Numbered from the stretch's first letter, positions 35,701 through 49,639 are shown. The stretch: 64,000 nt of DNA from Klebsormidium nitens (GCA_000708835.1 DF237357.1:19805-83804), one strand, 5' to 3'. Notes: generated from the letters alone by a model not told the origin. Numbers and translations are program-made.

Positions 35701-38700
35701 TAAAGCCTTGCTGCGCCTTCATATGGCCCAGATGTTGGGGTGGGGTGGAAGTTTCGATGAGTATGCGCTCTTGTGTAGTCTGGCGGTTAAGGTATTGAAT
35801 TCTGCTATCGGCCCCTCGCAGCGGAGCGAAAGACACGGATTGTATCTTGCAAGATTCCGGTTGAGTCGGACACTTCCGATTCTGGATCAGTTATGACCCA
35901 GACTTCTTCCTTTTTCAAGCAAGTGCTTAGTAAAGCATGGCGGTTACTAGAGATGATTCCTTACCAGACTACGTTCTTGAGAGCTTTCAACACCTTGATC
36001 TTTCTTTTGCCTGACTCTTTACACTCTCGCTTCCATCAGATTGCATTCCAGCCCGAGTTCCCCGACTCTCGGATCGAGAAGGAGAGGAAAGCGGTGCTGT
36101 CGGAGCTGCAAATGATGAACACCATTGACTACAGGGTAGACTGCCAGGTGAGTCCTCTGTTCACGCAGCAGTTTAAGAAACGGCGTACGTATCATGCAGC
36201 AATTGTGATTGACATCGTGGAGTTCGTTGAGTTCGATTCTCCTGCTGTGTAGTTGTTGCAATTGGTCAAATGTCATGATCAAGTGCGCTTTGGGCTCTCA
36301 GCTCATCAGGGCTTCAGTCCCAACTACTCTGGTCTTCTGCATGATCGACGCTCCTCAAAGTGTTCAAAGCGACCAGAGAATAATGTCTAGTAGAGCGACT
36401 GCCGAATTGGATTGTACTGCTGTTTAAGCAGGCGTCGTTTTGATCTTTCTTATGCTTCAGCATCTCCCTATCATTGCTGCTTGGTGCGGCAGGATTTGCG
36501 TCCTGTCTTTGCTGGGCTGAGAAAATCATGTTACAGGCACTTGTTGCTTATTCACTCGTAATTTCGGTTTCTGTTGACCTAGACAAACTTAACCCAATCT
36601 TCTGTAGTGATATCTTTTCCTGCCGCGCCGTTGGTAGTGCTACGGCTTGGCACTTACAAGCAAGAACAAGCTCATTCTCCCTCTCCTTTCAGCAAGTACT
36701 GGATTTTCGTTTAGGAATGAGCTTATACGTGCCTTTTCATTATCTTTTACTCTCTCGCGGTTTCTTCAGCAGCTGCTCAATATGAACAGGGCACAGCGCG
36801 CCTGTTCACACTCTCCCTTACTCCCTGCAGCTCCTGCAGCACCTGCACAGTGAGAACAAGCTCGGGTGCCGCTTCCCCATCGGCCTGGAGGAGCAGATCA
36901 CCAAATGGGACTCCGCCACCATCCAAGCTTTCCATAAGCGATGGTACTTCCCCGGAAACGCGACGCTCTTCATCGTCGGCGACTTCGGCCCCGTGGACCA
37001 CGTGCTCGACCTGATCCACAAACAGTTCTCCAAAGTCCCGCCCGCCGTTTACTACCCGAACCGAAACCCCGCGACGTCCCCTGCCGCCGCGAGCCTCCAC
37101 ACCCCTAACCCGGAAACGCAGAACCCCAAACCCTCGCTTTTTTCCGGATTCTCCCCGTCGCGATCCCCGTCCCATACGACTTCCAACTCCCCAAACCCCG
37201 AAACGATCAAACCCTCGCACGCGGCCCTGCAATCGCTCAGCTCTCTGTTCAACTCGGTTGGAAACCACCAGCCTAACCCGCTGTCGAAAAAGGAGGTTGC
37301 GCCTTTTCCGCCGCTTCCGGAGCCGATCCGGAAGGAGCGGCACCCGATTCGGCCGCCGGTGGAGCACCAGTGGTCGAGCGAGAGTATGCTCAAGTACGCA
37401 AAATCGGGTTACCCGGCGAAACGGGGTCTGGAAGTGGTTCCGCAGGTGTTCCAGCACGAGTTGCTGCAGCACTTCTCAATGAACGTCTTCAGCAAGGTAA
37501 GGATGCTTAGCATCGAGCATTTGGGAAGGGTTTGGAATTACAATATCCGAGGGATATGAGGGAAATAGGGGTGAAACTTTCGTTGGTGTTTGAGAACGAT
37601 ATTGCAGCCCTTTCCGACAATTGTCTCTGGCAAGAATAATAGGGATCGGATATCTAGGGATTCCAGATTTGAAGGATTTGGAACCAGGGGCTTGAGACTC
37701 GAGGGTCGGGGTTGGCGGAGAATGGGTTCAAGAGGTGGTTTCGGGGTGTCCAAAAGACCCAGTGCAGCGTTGTTTACTGAACCTGAGAGAGATTTCGTTC
37801 GCACACTTGTACAAAGGCTCAAAGCCTATGCACTCTTTAGACTGATCTTGCTCGCCCTTGCTTGCGGCTTGCTTGGGTATTTTTATGAAATGTATTCTCC
37901 CCAGACAGCATCTTAAGGCTCTGACAAGTTCCACCTAACGTAGCCGGCCATGTCCAGTGATGGACTTGTCACCAATCTCTGACCCTTTCACCAACGCCGT
38001 CAGGGACGTTCACTCGATTAGCAAAGTCTCAACGTTCACCCGGCGCTTCCTTCCAATTGCTTGCTCATCAGCCCTTAGTTTCGGTCGCTCTTTATCAATC
38101 TTTCGTCTGCCCGCTTTTCATCGCCTTTTTGTCTCAACGAATGGTTGCTTGCTAGGGTTTTCCTCTGGAATGCTGTCACACCAGCTAATCCCTACTAAGT
38201 CCTTGCTAAAACTCGTTCTTGACCGCTGCAGAACCCCGTTCGGCCCACTCGGACGTACCTGGACCTGCGCAACGTCCTCATGCAGAGGATTGTGCTGTCC
38301 ACCTTCCAATTCAGGATCAACACCCGCTACAAGGTGAGCCTTCGATATTCTGGAGACTTGCTTCCCTGTCTTCAATATTTGCAACCAGGTCCGCGCTGTA
38401 AGCATGTTAGGAGCCTGTTAGGCAAACATTGACTACTCTATGAATCTTTTGAAGTCGGTTAACCTTATCTAAGGCAGCGTATTAGAAACACCATTTGAAG
38501 AACACTATGCACTGACACCCTGTCCTGTGTGTGTGCAGAGCGCTAACCCTCCCTTTAGCACCATCGAGATGGACCATTCCGACTCTGGGCGGGAGGGCTG
38601 CTCAGTTACCACACTGACAATTGTATCCGAGGCGAAGGATTGGCGGGGAGCCGTCCAGGTTGCGGTCCAGGAAGTGAGTTGCATTAATTGCGGCCTTTCG

Positions 38701-41700
38701 AATGTCTGAAGAAAAAATGTAGGTCGCAATCGGAGGTCTTTGAAGCCGTGATGAGGTGCTTTGACCTTTTGAGGCGGGTTGATGTTCTGCCTGGCACCGC
38801 TAGGAAGGACTCCCGATAAGCCAGCTGCGAGAGGTTTGCTACACACAACCCTAACGTTGGTCCCCTATTTTGCTCCAGGTGCGGCGTCTGAAGGAGTTTG
38901 GCGTGACGCAAGGCGAGCTGACGCGCTACCTGAAGGCGCTCCTGAAGGACAGCGAACAGCTGGCCGCGATGATCGACAACATCCCGTCGATCGACAACCT
39001 GGACTTCATCATGGAGAGTGACGCGCTGGGGCACTCCATAATGGACCAGCAGCAAGGGCACGAGTGCCTCAGCGCCGTCGCTGACAGTGTGACGCTGGAA
39101 GACGTGAGGGGTCCCCCTGTGGCACGGCTCATTTTTTCCCTTCTGATCAACGTCTGGTTGGCCTTCAGTTGTTGACCAATGAGGTGTAGGCTTAATTGAA
39201 GGATCATGAGGGCCGTTGCTCACAGTGTAACGCTGGAAGACGTGAGATTTGCGAAACTTTTCCGTTTTTTGTCCCTTTTGTCCTTCGTTTCTGACGGAAT
39301 AGACCATCCGTTTACGGTCCGCTTCAGTGGGAAGAGAAGTGCCTGAGCGACGTCGCTGACAGTGTGACGCTAGAAGACGTGGGAATCCTAAACTTCCTCC
39401 GCTTCTGTATGCTCTCCAGCGCGTTTGAGTAGTTGCACCAGTTACTCGTCTTCCGGTTTCATGATACCAACTGCTCACCGCGGCTGATCGTGACGGTTGA
39501 GATCGTGACAATGCGACTGTCCCGTTGGTGGACTCTGCACTTAAGTCCGCACCTGAGTGTAGCCCACCTCGTCTTTTGAGAATGATTACTTTTCATCAGA
39601 AGAAGATAAGGGATCAGGCAGTACAAGTAGCACAGGTGACGCTGGAAAACGTGAGGCATTCGAGCTTGCAGTCTCTGCTTTGATGGCACATCTGTATCTG
39701 ATTGGGCTTTAGGTTCACGTTCATCTTAGTACTCGCACTGATTGCTATTTTGTGAGCTCGCCTCTTAGGCAATTCACATTTTAGGATCAACCATGATTGC
39801 TCCAAGTTCGTCAGATTCTCCACCAAAGAACTTTTCGTCATAACAGTGCTCGAATGTTTCTTCACACTTGAGCAAACTGTCATCATACTACCGTTTCTGA
39901 GTGCCGGTAACGCAAATCAACCCCAAGGTCAACTGCGGGTTAATGCTATGGCCGTCAATTCGCTCGACATTGTGTCCGACCGCGCCACCGTAACACTCGT
40001 TAAGGAACTTACCCTCTTGTAGCACCCGGCAATTCCCGAAATTTAAGCTCCGCATATCCTCACCAAGAGTCTTCTGAAAACGTTTTTCAGCAGAAACGAG
40101 GCTGTTGAATCCACCAAAATAAGAACCTGAGTTAACCTTCCTATGCAGGTTAACGCGGTCGCCGTCAACCTGCTCGAGTTTGTCTCTGACTATGGCAACT
40201 CCTCCGCTCCAGTCCCCGCCGCAGTGGTCTGCTGCGTTCCCAAAATCATCAGCGGCGACGCGGGCTCCCCCGACGAGCCCTTCTTCATCACCCCTGAAGA
40301 AATCAAGGACACCATTGTTAGGTACGGATCCGGTGCTAGCCATTCCGGTATTGGTTTCAGTTCCGGCCCTTGTCGTTCAGAGCCGGCCACTTGTTGGAGA
40401 AACTGCAGGGCAAGTGAACGGAGTTTGCAAGTGGTTTTCTTCCTTAAACAAGCTCTTAATCGCCACAAAATTCCAGGATAGCTCCCAATGAGACTTTTTT
40501 ATCCGTGGCCTTCTGAAGTCGGTCGGATAATCAACCTTTTCGACATCCAACTTTGACTGCCGCTTCACTATTATGCTTGCATTGATGATTGAGCACTTGC
40601 CCGTACGCGTATTCAAGTTCCGCAACCCTTCGTTCATTGCAGCGGGTTAGCGGAACCCATCGAGGGGGAACCCGATCTGGACGTGCCTAAGAGCCTGATC
40701 CCAATAGATGAGTTGGAAGAGAAGATCAGGACACGGCAGCCAGCGTTTGTGAAACTGGAAGGAGCGGAAAAGGAGGGGCTTACAGCGTACAGGACATACG
40801 ACGAGGGGACGGGGGTCGTGCAGCGGCGGCTATCGAATGGGATTCGGATCAATTATAAGGTGAGGAAACATAAGGGGAAAAGGTTGGTTACGTAGATGTT
40901 AGAGCGTCTTCGCTGGTAGTGTGAATATTTCAACGACGCTATTTTCATCTTCTAGCTGTCTCTAGATGGCGATGATTCGATTGAACACGAAAAGATCTTC
41001 CAACCAGAATGCGATTGACTGACTGACTGCTTCGTAAAACCCTAACGCCGCTTCTCGGCAAAGCTGAAGTTCGATTATCCCCATCATGTTCCGCCTTTCT
41101 ACGCGGATCATTTGCTATCCATTCTGAGTCTATCCATTCTGAGTTCGGTGCTTGACGACGAGGAAGACAATCACTGGCGAAAGTTGCGTCAAGCCTCTCA
41201 GAACTGGAAAAAGCTGGCATATCAAAAACGCGCGTTTAGACTACGAAGGAGTGAGAGCCCCATCTTAATACGATTGCCGTGCTCCTGTCCGCAGATGACA
41301 CAGAACGAGGCACGGGGAGGAGTGATGCGATTGGTCGCGCCAGGCGGCCGTGCTAGGGAGACGCAGAACGCGAGCGCGGCAGTAGCCATTGGAACGAGGA
41401 CGCTCTCCGAGGCGGGCTCCGTGGGGAAATGGTCCAGAGAACAGGTGCGGGAATTGCTCGGGACTTTTTGCTCGGGACTTTTTCCTCGTTTGTCAAAATC
41501 GTTTCGTCTCTACATGAAAATGTTAGGGTTGCATCCGACTTTTGCAGTCGGTTTTCAGGTGGAAGGCCCAAGTTTGCATACTTCAGGGCCCTGAGATACA
41601 TAGCGAAACGGAAAAGAAGCGGAGGCAGATGATCTGTTCCGTCTGTGTTAGATAGGTTGCCCACGCACACCAGTCTTCAACTGAAGGTTGTCCCGATACA

Positions 41701-44700
41701 CATATCTCAAGGTAGGATACGACTTTCCAGTCAGTTTTTGCGAAGAAGGGCCAAGCTTGCAAACTCAGCGTTTTACGAGATATCAACGACGAAGTGGAGC
41801 CGAGACACTTGGACCACCTCGGCCGACTTCGGAATGTGTTTATTAAAGAAAACAACTCCACTTACGCACGAGGTCGAAGTGGGTTAAGCTTGGGACGTGC
41901 AAACTCCGGCTTTCAAGGCCTCAAAGCAAAGGGAGAATACAGATTGTAAGGCCGAGCCAGACAGAATGTTTGGCAGTCATTATCAGAATAATGCCAAGCC
42001 CGAGGCGTCTCCCAATTGAGGCAACATAAAAGGTTAAAACCAAGTAAACGACCGGAACAAACAGTCGAATCAAGACACGTCCTAACATGAAACTTTGAAT
42101 TTGTTTCAGGTTGAGCTGTTTTGCGTGGGCAACCTGATCAACTGCATCCTGGAGACCGACGAAGAGTTCATCTGCCTCGACTTCCACTTCGTGATGCGCG
42201 ACAACGGCATGGAGGCCGCGTTCCAGCTGATGCACATGGTTCTCGAGGAGCCGGTGTGGCGGGACGACGCGCTCGACCGCGCCAAGCAAATGTACCTTTC
42301 GTACTACCGGTCCATGCCCAAGGTACGAACCGCTCTTCTTAGTAATCTCGAGGATTTTGTTAGATTTCTTGCTGCCGCTTTTTCCGTCTCGTGGCCACTG
42401 CCGAAAATGGTAATGCTTGATTCTGCCAAGCAGATATTTCTGTCGTGTTACCACTGCATGCCCAGAATACGAACCGCTCTTTACGTTCTGGATTCATCCG
42501 ATATGAATTTAGGTTTTTAAGAAGCGTAGCCTAGAGGTACCTTCGCTAGTTTTTCGGAACCTTGACACATTACTGCTGGGTGCGAGCCGCTCTTCACTTT
42601 TTTGGAAGCCACTTTTCGTTTTTTGCGTCTCATAGCCCAGACTTTTCTCTGCGAGTGTTTCAGAAAAGTGAAGAACAGCCGCTCCATGCCCAAGGCATGA
42701 GACGTCCGTCATAAATTGAGCTTTGCCCATGTTTCTTGCTGCCTTTGTCTCGGACTGTTGCTCGACGCCCGAAGCTGATAAAGCTTTGCTTAAGTTTCTT
42801 GCTGTCATTCTTGAACGACCTGTATTTTTCCGTACAATTTTCGTACAGCGCTCGCCGATTCTTGGATTTGATCTGCGTATTGTGATCGCTTCAGCGCTTG
42901 TTCGTTTATCCTGCCCGATGTACTTCCGTATCGTTGCAATCATTGTCCTTCCCGACAACCTTTTCCTCTGACGAGCTGAGTTCACGTTGACCACGACTAG
43001 AGCGTCGTTATTTTAGACGTCTTCACATCACTGTCTACGAAAGCATTCCTTGATTCAACAGCTTGATATAACGTTCCGGAATCGATGATTGACCGTTCTG
43101 CATCCTTCTTTTGCCAGTCCTTGGAAAGGGCGACGGCGCACACTCTGATGAAGAGCATGTTCAAGGGGGACGCGCGCTTCATGGAGCCGACGCCGGACGC
43201 AATCGCCAAGCTGGACCTAGAAACCGTCAGCAAGGCCGTGTTCGACCAGCTCAAGACCGGGGATATGGAGGTGAGCGATCAGAGCGCATGAGATTATAAG
43301 CTCAGAAAGTGATTGTTTTGGCACAGATAGTTGCGGGCTTGCAATAGTGCGGTTAGAGCAGTGTACCAGCGAGGTTTTAACAGTAGGTGTTCTCCGGTCA
43401 GCAAGGCAGCCTTCAACCAGCTGAGACGGATGGCTGCTTCGAAACTGCGCGAACGACTCAAAACTCGTTTTCGACTTTACCTCGTGGTTAGTGAAGGGCG
43501 TTCCTCACCGAACCCTTGGGCGAAGACCTCGTGAAAAAGTTTTTCTATGCTTTTTCGTGGAACTTCCTGGTGCTTTCAACTCGAAATTACAAAGAGACCC
43601 TTTCAGATCTCATATTGTAGAGAGTTTTAACTCGACCCGCACAGTGGAAAAGGGCAGGCGGTTGACACCTTTGCGACTGGGAGACGCGTCCTCTTTTCAG
43701 ATGAGGGGAACTGGGGTCTAGGGTCTGCTTAAATCCTGTCTCAAGTCCAAGCCGACTAAGAAAATAGCAGAACGGCTTGAAAGAGGAGCTGCCGTGCTGC
43801 CAAGTCCCTGTCCTCCGGGCAGCCACTCCTTCTCGGTCGGTTGTTGCACGATCTTGCCAATCATGGACTGCTCGTCAGCAACTTGGGGTCTAACATCGGA
43901 CTGAAACACCAAAAGACAGTTGCCCTGATAGTCTTACCGCTTTCTCCCTTTCAGGTGTCGGTTGTAGGTGACTTCACGGAGGAGGAACTAGAGCGGTGTC
44001 TGCTGACGTATTTGGGCACGCTTCCGGCCAAGCCGGCAACGACGCCTGAGGAGCTTAAGACGCTGGAGGTTCCGTTCCAAGTCGTAACATCCTTCGATGC
44101 GTCACGGCGGAATCAAAAGGTGAGGGGCGACGCCATTTTCTTGAAAAGTCCTTCTTTCTGGACTTTTTTGGAAGTTATTAGGAGCATGACGAGTACAACC
44201 CTCAGACGTCCACAAGAGGGTAGACATTCAACAAACACAGCAGATCTCAATAATGTGACACTATATCTGGACTAGCTCGACACCAGCAGATTTTGGTATT
44301 CCCAGCACGTGGAACCATCCCATTCGTCGACTCGCAAGCCCTTGTTTTGAAAGATTCGACATTTCTGGTGAATGATAGGCCCTTTATTGTCGCACTTGAT
44401 CGCCGTCAGAGTTGTTTGTCTGCAAGCAAGCCTCACAACCAATTGCACTTGGTATGTAGAAGAAATATAGACAGCCGAAGTTGGGGTCTTGCGACCAATA
44501 AACGCCAGGCTTTTTGGTCGTTTCCGTTTACGTTTCGTCTCGTTTTCTTTGTGCCAAGGTTTTTTTGAAGACACGGACGTTTTTCCCGCGTTCAGGTGTT
44601 GCTGAAAGACACCGACGAGAGGGCGTGCGCTTTCATCGCTGGCGCGGCACCCAACCGGTGGGGCTATACCGCCGACGGTGCAGATTTGAACACCATCAAC

Positions 44701-47700
44701 CAGCCCTGCCCCCCGGGTCTCTCAGGCAAGCATTTCATCCCAACTTTGCATCCTTTCTGCAATCTTCGTTTGAAAAGTAGTCATGGCGCCCCTCTTCCGG
44801 GTTGGTCGATCTTCCATGCGGCGTTTTCAATGCGTTGAAAGTTTTGAGCTATCCTTGAAAATGTGCTGTTTCGACTCGTCTCTGTTTGTTAAGTGCTTTA
44901 AGCCGATTATTCGTTCCCCTCTGCCTGGGTCCAAAGTCGTCGACTCTTCATGGCCGCCTTCTTGACGCATTAAAAAGTGCTGAAGCTGCGTTTGAATCTT
45001 TTTGCACTGGAAATTCTGGGGTTCCGTGTGTCGCGATGCCTTGCGGGACCCAAAACGAGTGTTTTTGCCTCCAGCACTTTCAAGGCTTTACTGCAGTCTG
45101 CAAAGCTGTCCGTTGCAACTTTTCTCCACCGATTGCGCGTGATGCTGCCAGACCCTAGCACATACCTTCCTCACTAATAAACGTCCATCATACCACATAC
45201 CAGAGAAGACGGTAGCGGCTTTTTTAGATCCATGCAGGATGCACTGTTCAAAGTTAGATTTTGGGTGTTATCGTACGGTTCAGGCAGTCCCTCATTTTAG
45301 ACATGTACCAGCTCACTTCTTGTCGCCTTATTAGGCACTCCCGTACTTCAAGGTCTTCTCCGATTTCAAGCATTACGTGGATACGTACAAATATATGCGT
45401 CAGACCATAAGCTTCTAGCTGACCCTCTCTCTGTCTACGTTGCAGTCCAACAAATCCACGCAATGGCCACTTTCGGCTCGCGCGTGATGGTCGACGACGA
45501 GGGATCCCTCTACTGGCAGCGCAAACGTCACCCCCTCTACGCGAGCGTCGCGCTTGCGATCCTTGCTGAGATCATCAACTCCCGGCTCTTCACAACGGTC
45601 CGCGACGCCCTCGGGCTGACGTACGACGTGTCGTTCGAGCTCAGCTTGTTTGACCGGCTCAAAACCGGGTGGTTTGTGATTTCGGTTACCAGCACCCCGG
45701 GGAAGATCGAGGAGGCGGTGAACGCGTCCCTGAGCGTGCTCAAAGGGCTGAACGACGACCGGATTAGCGACCGGGAGCTGGCCCGGGTGAGTCAAGTTTT
45801 TACGCTTTGCTGGATTAGACAGAAATATATCAGTGTGCGTTGGTCAGGCTTGCTGCTGACCTCGTTCCTGTAGCAATCTAGTTAGGCTTCCTAACATCAA
45901 AAAACATCTTCTTCAAAGAACAAAGTGGCCAGTGTCCTGTTATCCTTCCGTAAGCTGAGCTTCTGTCAACTTGCTGACGTTAATAGCCTCTTTTCCGGGG
46001 GGCCGATGCTGACATCGTCGCTTGGCTTTTGGAAACTGCCGACTTCGTTGTTTTTCTGCTGACGTCATCGCCCCCCTGCCTGCGCAGGCGAAGCGGACGC
46101 TGCTGACGCGCCACGAGTCGGACCTGAAGGACAACGCCTACTGGCTGAGCCTGATGACGCACGTGCAGACGCCATCGGTCCATCGCAAGGTGGGTGACTC
46201 ACTTTTTCGTCCTTTGTTCCACACTCCAGCTTCGCGACCAACGAGCTGGGAAAGAGAGAGGAGACGACTCCCGTTGACGAAGAGCAGGCAAATTTAGCTT
46301 GAGGGTTTCGGATATCTAGTCTGGCGGTTGTGCCTGAGACTTACTGATAAACAGCTTCGGTCAACTCTGGGAGAAAGGGACGGCTGGTTATTTATACCGT
46401 TAAACAGCTCTAGCCCTCCGCTGGCGTCGGGACTGTTTCGTTTGACCATGCAGTTGGCGTTTCGATAAGATCGAGAGAACGATTGACGAGGTCTTGGATG
46501 AAGGTAACTTTCAGCATGCGGGAGCATGACTTGTTTCAACGACCTGGACCAGAGATCCAGCGTCGCCCACAAATTGTAGTTTAGAAATAGGACAACACCA
46601 TTGCTTCCACCCACCAACTTCTGTGTTGTCAAGTTTGTACAGCTCATCCAGTCGCACTCTGTGCAAAGTGCAGCTTAGCTTTAGGTGCCGACTCGACGAG
46701 TTTCTGCCTGCACTTTGCGCTTTTTGAGTGTGTCCCCGAAATCGTTGTGTCAAGTTCTGCTCAGCTTCGAGCAAAGAGTCAAAAGACGACCTTATCTTGT
46801 GTCCAGTGTACTTCCTTCGTTTCGCTTGTCCATGGCCTGATGACGTCCAAAATGACGTTGCTTCTTACCCCGACAGGACGTCGGGTGCATACGCGACCTG
46901 ATCTACCTGTACGAGTCGTGCACCACCGAGGACGTATACAACGCATACGACTTCCTGGCGCTGGAAGACGAGAACCTGTACACGTGTAAGGGCATCGCAG
47001 GCCCGCCAGAGCTGCTCCAAAAGCACGCTGACGTCGAGGCGATGGTGATCGAAGTCGAGGGGGAGTCGGACTCCGAAGGTGCGTCTGGGGTGGTTCTTCT
47101 TTGGTGCATTCGATTGTGTTAATTGGATCCGCATTTGTTGTGATGGGCGACACAACTTGGGCGATGACGAAAGCTTCTCCATTTTTGCCATTGAAGTGGT
47201 GCGGAGATTGGATGCCGAAGGTGAGTCTGGGCTCGTTTGTCAGTTTTGACTATCTTGACGCCCTTGCTTACATCTCAGTGTTCTGAGGTATGAAACATCT
47301 ATGCTCGGAAAATCAAGGTCAAGGAAAGTCGGATGCTGAAGTAGAGTTTGAGGCTGGTTTCACCTTGTTCCATTGCTGGGTCGTAGTCTTTATTGGGTTT
47401 GCGAGGTGCTGAAATGGCATCTGCGATGAAGAGACTGCTTTTAATGCAGTTGCGGTCATGCTGTTCTTCTTATCTATGCATGGATAGGGTCGTTTCATAT
47501 GGATGCAGGTAGAGCACGTTCTTGGCTTTTGCTTCGTTATGAGGATTATGGTCTCAAACGTGAGCTATGGCCTGGCATACTGGCGTGATGGGTTCTTTCA
47601 GTTGGCCTTTCAAGAAAGGCGTCTTCTGGGATACGATTGCCGACACTTTTGAAGCCTTCGCAAGGCACAGATTTCAATATTCCTGAAGTGGAACACAGAC

Positions 47701-47895
47701 CTTGGCTTTCGCGTTGAGTGCGTGGATCAGTTGAAACCCTTGCTTCTGCTTTGGGTACTTGTTGGCTTTTCCGTTTAGAAGGTAAAAAGTTCTAACGATG
47801 TGCTTGCTACTTGTACAGATGGGCAAACGGACGCTCTTCTATTAGGAGCTTCTAGCGGGAGGGGTCGTTCGACTGTGACAAGACCAACAACGTAG
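32713..47895 (+). CDS. SPP: Chloroplast stromal processing peptidase (M16 insulinase-family metallopeptidase)
   Basis: Exons encode LPTHPRLIRGQLDNGLRYVILPNALPPNR|FEAHLEMHVGSVDELDHEQGVAHLIEHVTFLGSKKRE (inverted zinc motif HxxEH), GARSNAYTDFHHTVFH, IEKERKAVLSELQMMNTIDYRVDCQ, KERHPIRPPVEH, RRLSNGIRINYK, VELFCVGNLINC, DTDERACAFIAGAAPNRWG, IINSRLFTTVRDALGLTYDVSF, and the C-terminus GRGRSTVTRPTT* (stop 47893-47895), matching plant SPP as I remember it. The start (MAGSSVCMRVQPALH, 32713) and the transit-peptide exons before about 34970 are tentative. Confidence 0.93.
33221..33302. repeat. Perfect 41-bp tandem duplication in the 5' intronic region of SPP
   Basis: TGGAAACTGTCCTTGCTTTGGAAGCGGTTGGGATTGCTGGA occurs at 33221-33261 and 33262-33302 with no mismatch. 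Confidence 0.95.
39060..39660 (+). repeat. Four to five tandem copies (about 137 bp) of exon end plus donor in SPP
   Basis: CAGTGT(G/A)ACGCT(G/A)GAAGAC|GTG with donors at 39104 (real), 39242, 39379 and 39651, plus a very degenerate copy near 39505. Confidence 0.88.
42285..42700 (+). repeat. Diverged copy of SPP exon end plus donor, donor mutated
   Basis: Real: GCCAAGCAAATGTACCTTTCGTACTACCGGTCCATGCCCAAG|GTACGAACCGCTCTT (donor 42323). Copy: GCCAAGCAGATATTTCTGTCGTGTTACCACTGCATGCCCAGA|ATACGAACCGCTCTT (42467). A short third remnant lies at about 42682-42696. Confidence 0.85.
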
Positions 47896-49639
47896 GGTAG
47901 TTCTTCGTCTTCCTAGTTTCACCGCGTTGCATCTAAAGATAGGTTCGTTCGAAACCTTCTGAGAAAAGGATCGGGACACTATTCACAAGGACGCGTTAGA
48001 GATTGACTTGCGAAGGACGGCGAAGGACGGCTTGCTTGAAACCTTTGGTTCGAAGTTTGATTCAATTGCTCGAGGCTGTTATTTATGTTGGATGTCACTG
48101 GTTCTACGAGACAGCTTTGTTTTCTCACAATCACTGCCAATTGAGCGAAGTGTTTCTTCACGGTACTAATTTACAGAAGTGGCATGCACGCCCTCTCAAA
48201 GACATTGCAGACTCCCGGCGCTGCACTGACGTTTCACAACGGTTGGTTAAGATTCTAATCTTGATTGGAATCTCAACTATTGTGCACTCGAGTCAAATGC
48301 TATATGGATCGAACGCCCCCTAGGCCAGTACTAGACGCGGCGCATGCACTCCCAGCGCATGACTGCTAGCCTAGGACCCGACGGTCGTCATTTCGGCTTC
48401 GGTGTTCACGTGTCTACGTGATGGCCATGCAAATGTACGATTCAAGTGAATGATCGAATATTAAGTACGTTTTGGATGACCGGACCCTAAGACATCTATA
48501 AATTGTGGCGCAAGCCTGGCTGTCGGAAGGCCCGACCCGGCCGGATCAATTGGCTCATGTATGCATGAACGAATTGTAGTGACTGCCACTCGAGTCCGTG
48601 TTAGTCAGTTCCCGCTCTAGGTGGTATAACATGCAAGATTAGTTTTTGCGTGAAAAGTTGCACCTGAAGTTTGTGACCTCCAGCGCAACGGGCCCATGCC
48701 AAATTCAAGAATGATATAGTCCATACAACGCACTCGCATACAGACCTAGGAAAGTTGGGCCACATGTATTATCAACATACATTCATACCGCAGTGCCCCT
48801 GTATCCACTGGCAGTCGTTGGGCCGCGGGCTGCGCAGCGCCGAACGCGCCGTACTTCCAAATCTAGAAAGTCAGCTTCGAATGACTTGGAAATGAGTCAG
48901 GATGAGTCAGGCTGAAGTGAGCCTGGGGCCACTGGCTAGAACTCAGAACAAAGCCAGTCGAAGTACAGCATGGGAACCACTGGCACAGGGATTGTGCATC
49001 TGTTTGAACCACTGATCGAGCCGCCACGGAGTTATAAAGCCAGGCGAGCAGCGTCAAAAGCCTCTTGCAGAATGCAACCAGATGCAACTTACCCAGATCG
49101 TTGTCACATTCGCGCAAAATAACCCGGACTCAAAGACGCGAGCCTGCTGATTTGAAACCACACCAATCCGATCATCAGCGCTCGAAAGCCTCTCACTGAC
49201 CTGAATGATACCGCCACGTTTTGACAGTGCCGCAGAGGAATTCTTCCAAGGAGATTTTCCGTTTCTGTGTCACTCAAGCTGAGTATGTCAGCGGAAGCGG
49301 CAACCTGCGAACCGGGCGCCGAACTGCACACCGGACCGCTTCCACGTTCTGACTTCGCTCTTCAGCCGTCCGCCTGCGCAATCGCGCACGGCTGCCCATA
49401 CCGGACGAACCGGAGAAAGCCGTTCTTCCCCTTGTCGTTTGTCAGCTCTCCTTTGATTGACAAGAAAGGATTTGTTAGACGGCAGCTTTCCCCCCGTTGG
49501 CGCATCCTAGATCTCGGATCTTCCGCCGCTGAAGGGCAACATCTCGTGATCATAGGAGGAAGATATATATTGTTATTGAATTCAAGGGGGGAAATATTAC
49601 CCCTCCGGTGGATCTGCCGACGACCACACCAAAACTTGA

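Noticed and set aside
36777-37472. 231-aa minus-strand ORF (also 38684-39511 and 41921-42454)
   Set aside because: Antisense shadows of SPP exons.
48800-48870. GC-rich hairpin-like stretch followed by CTAG, suggesting a Helitron 3' end
   Set aside because: The hairpin is imperfect, no matching 5' end or second copy was found, and CTAG is abundant locally.
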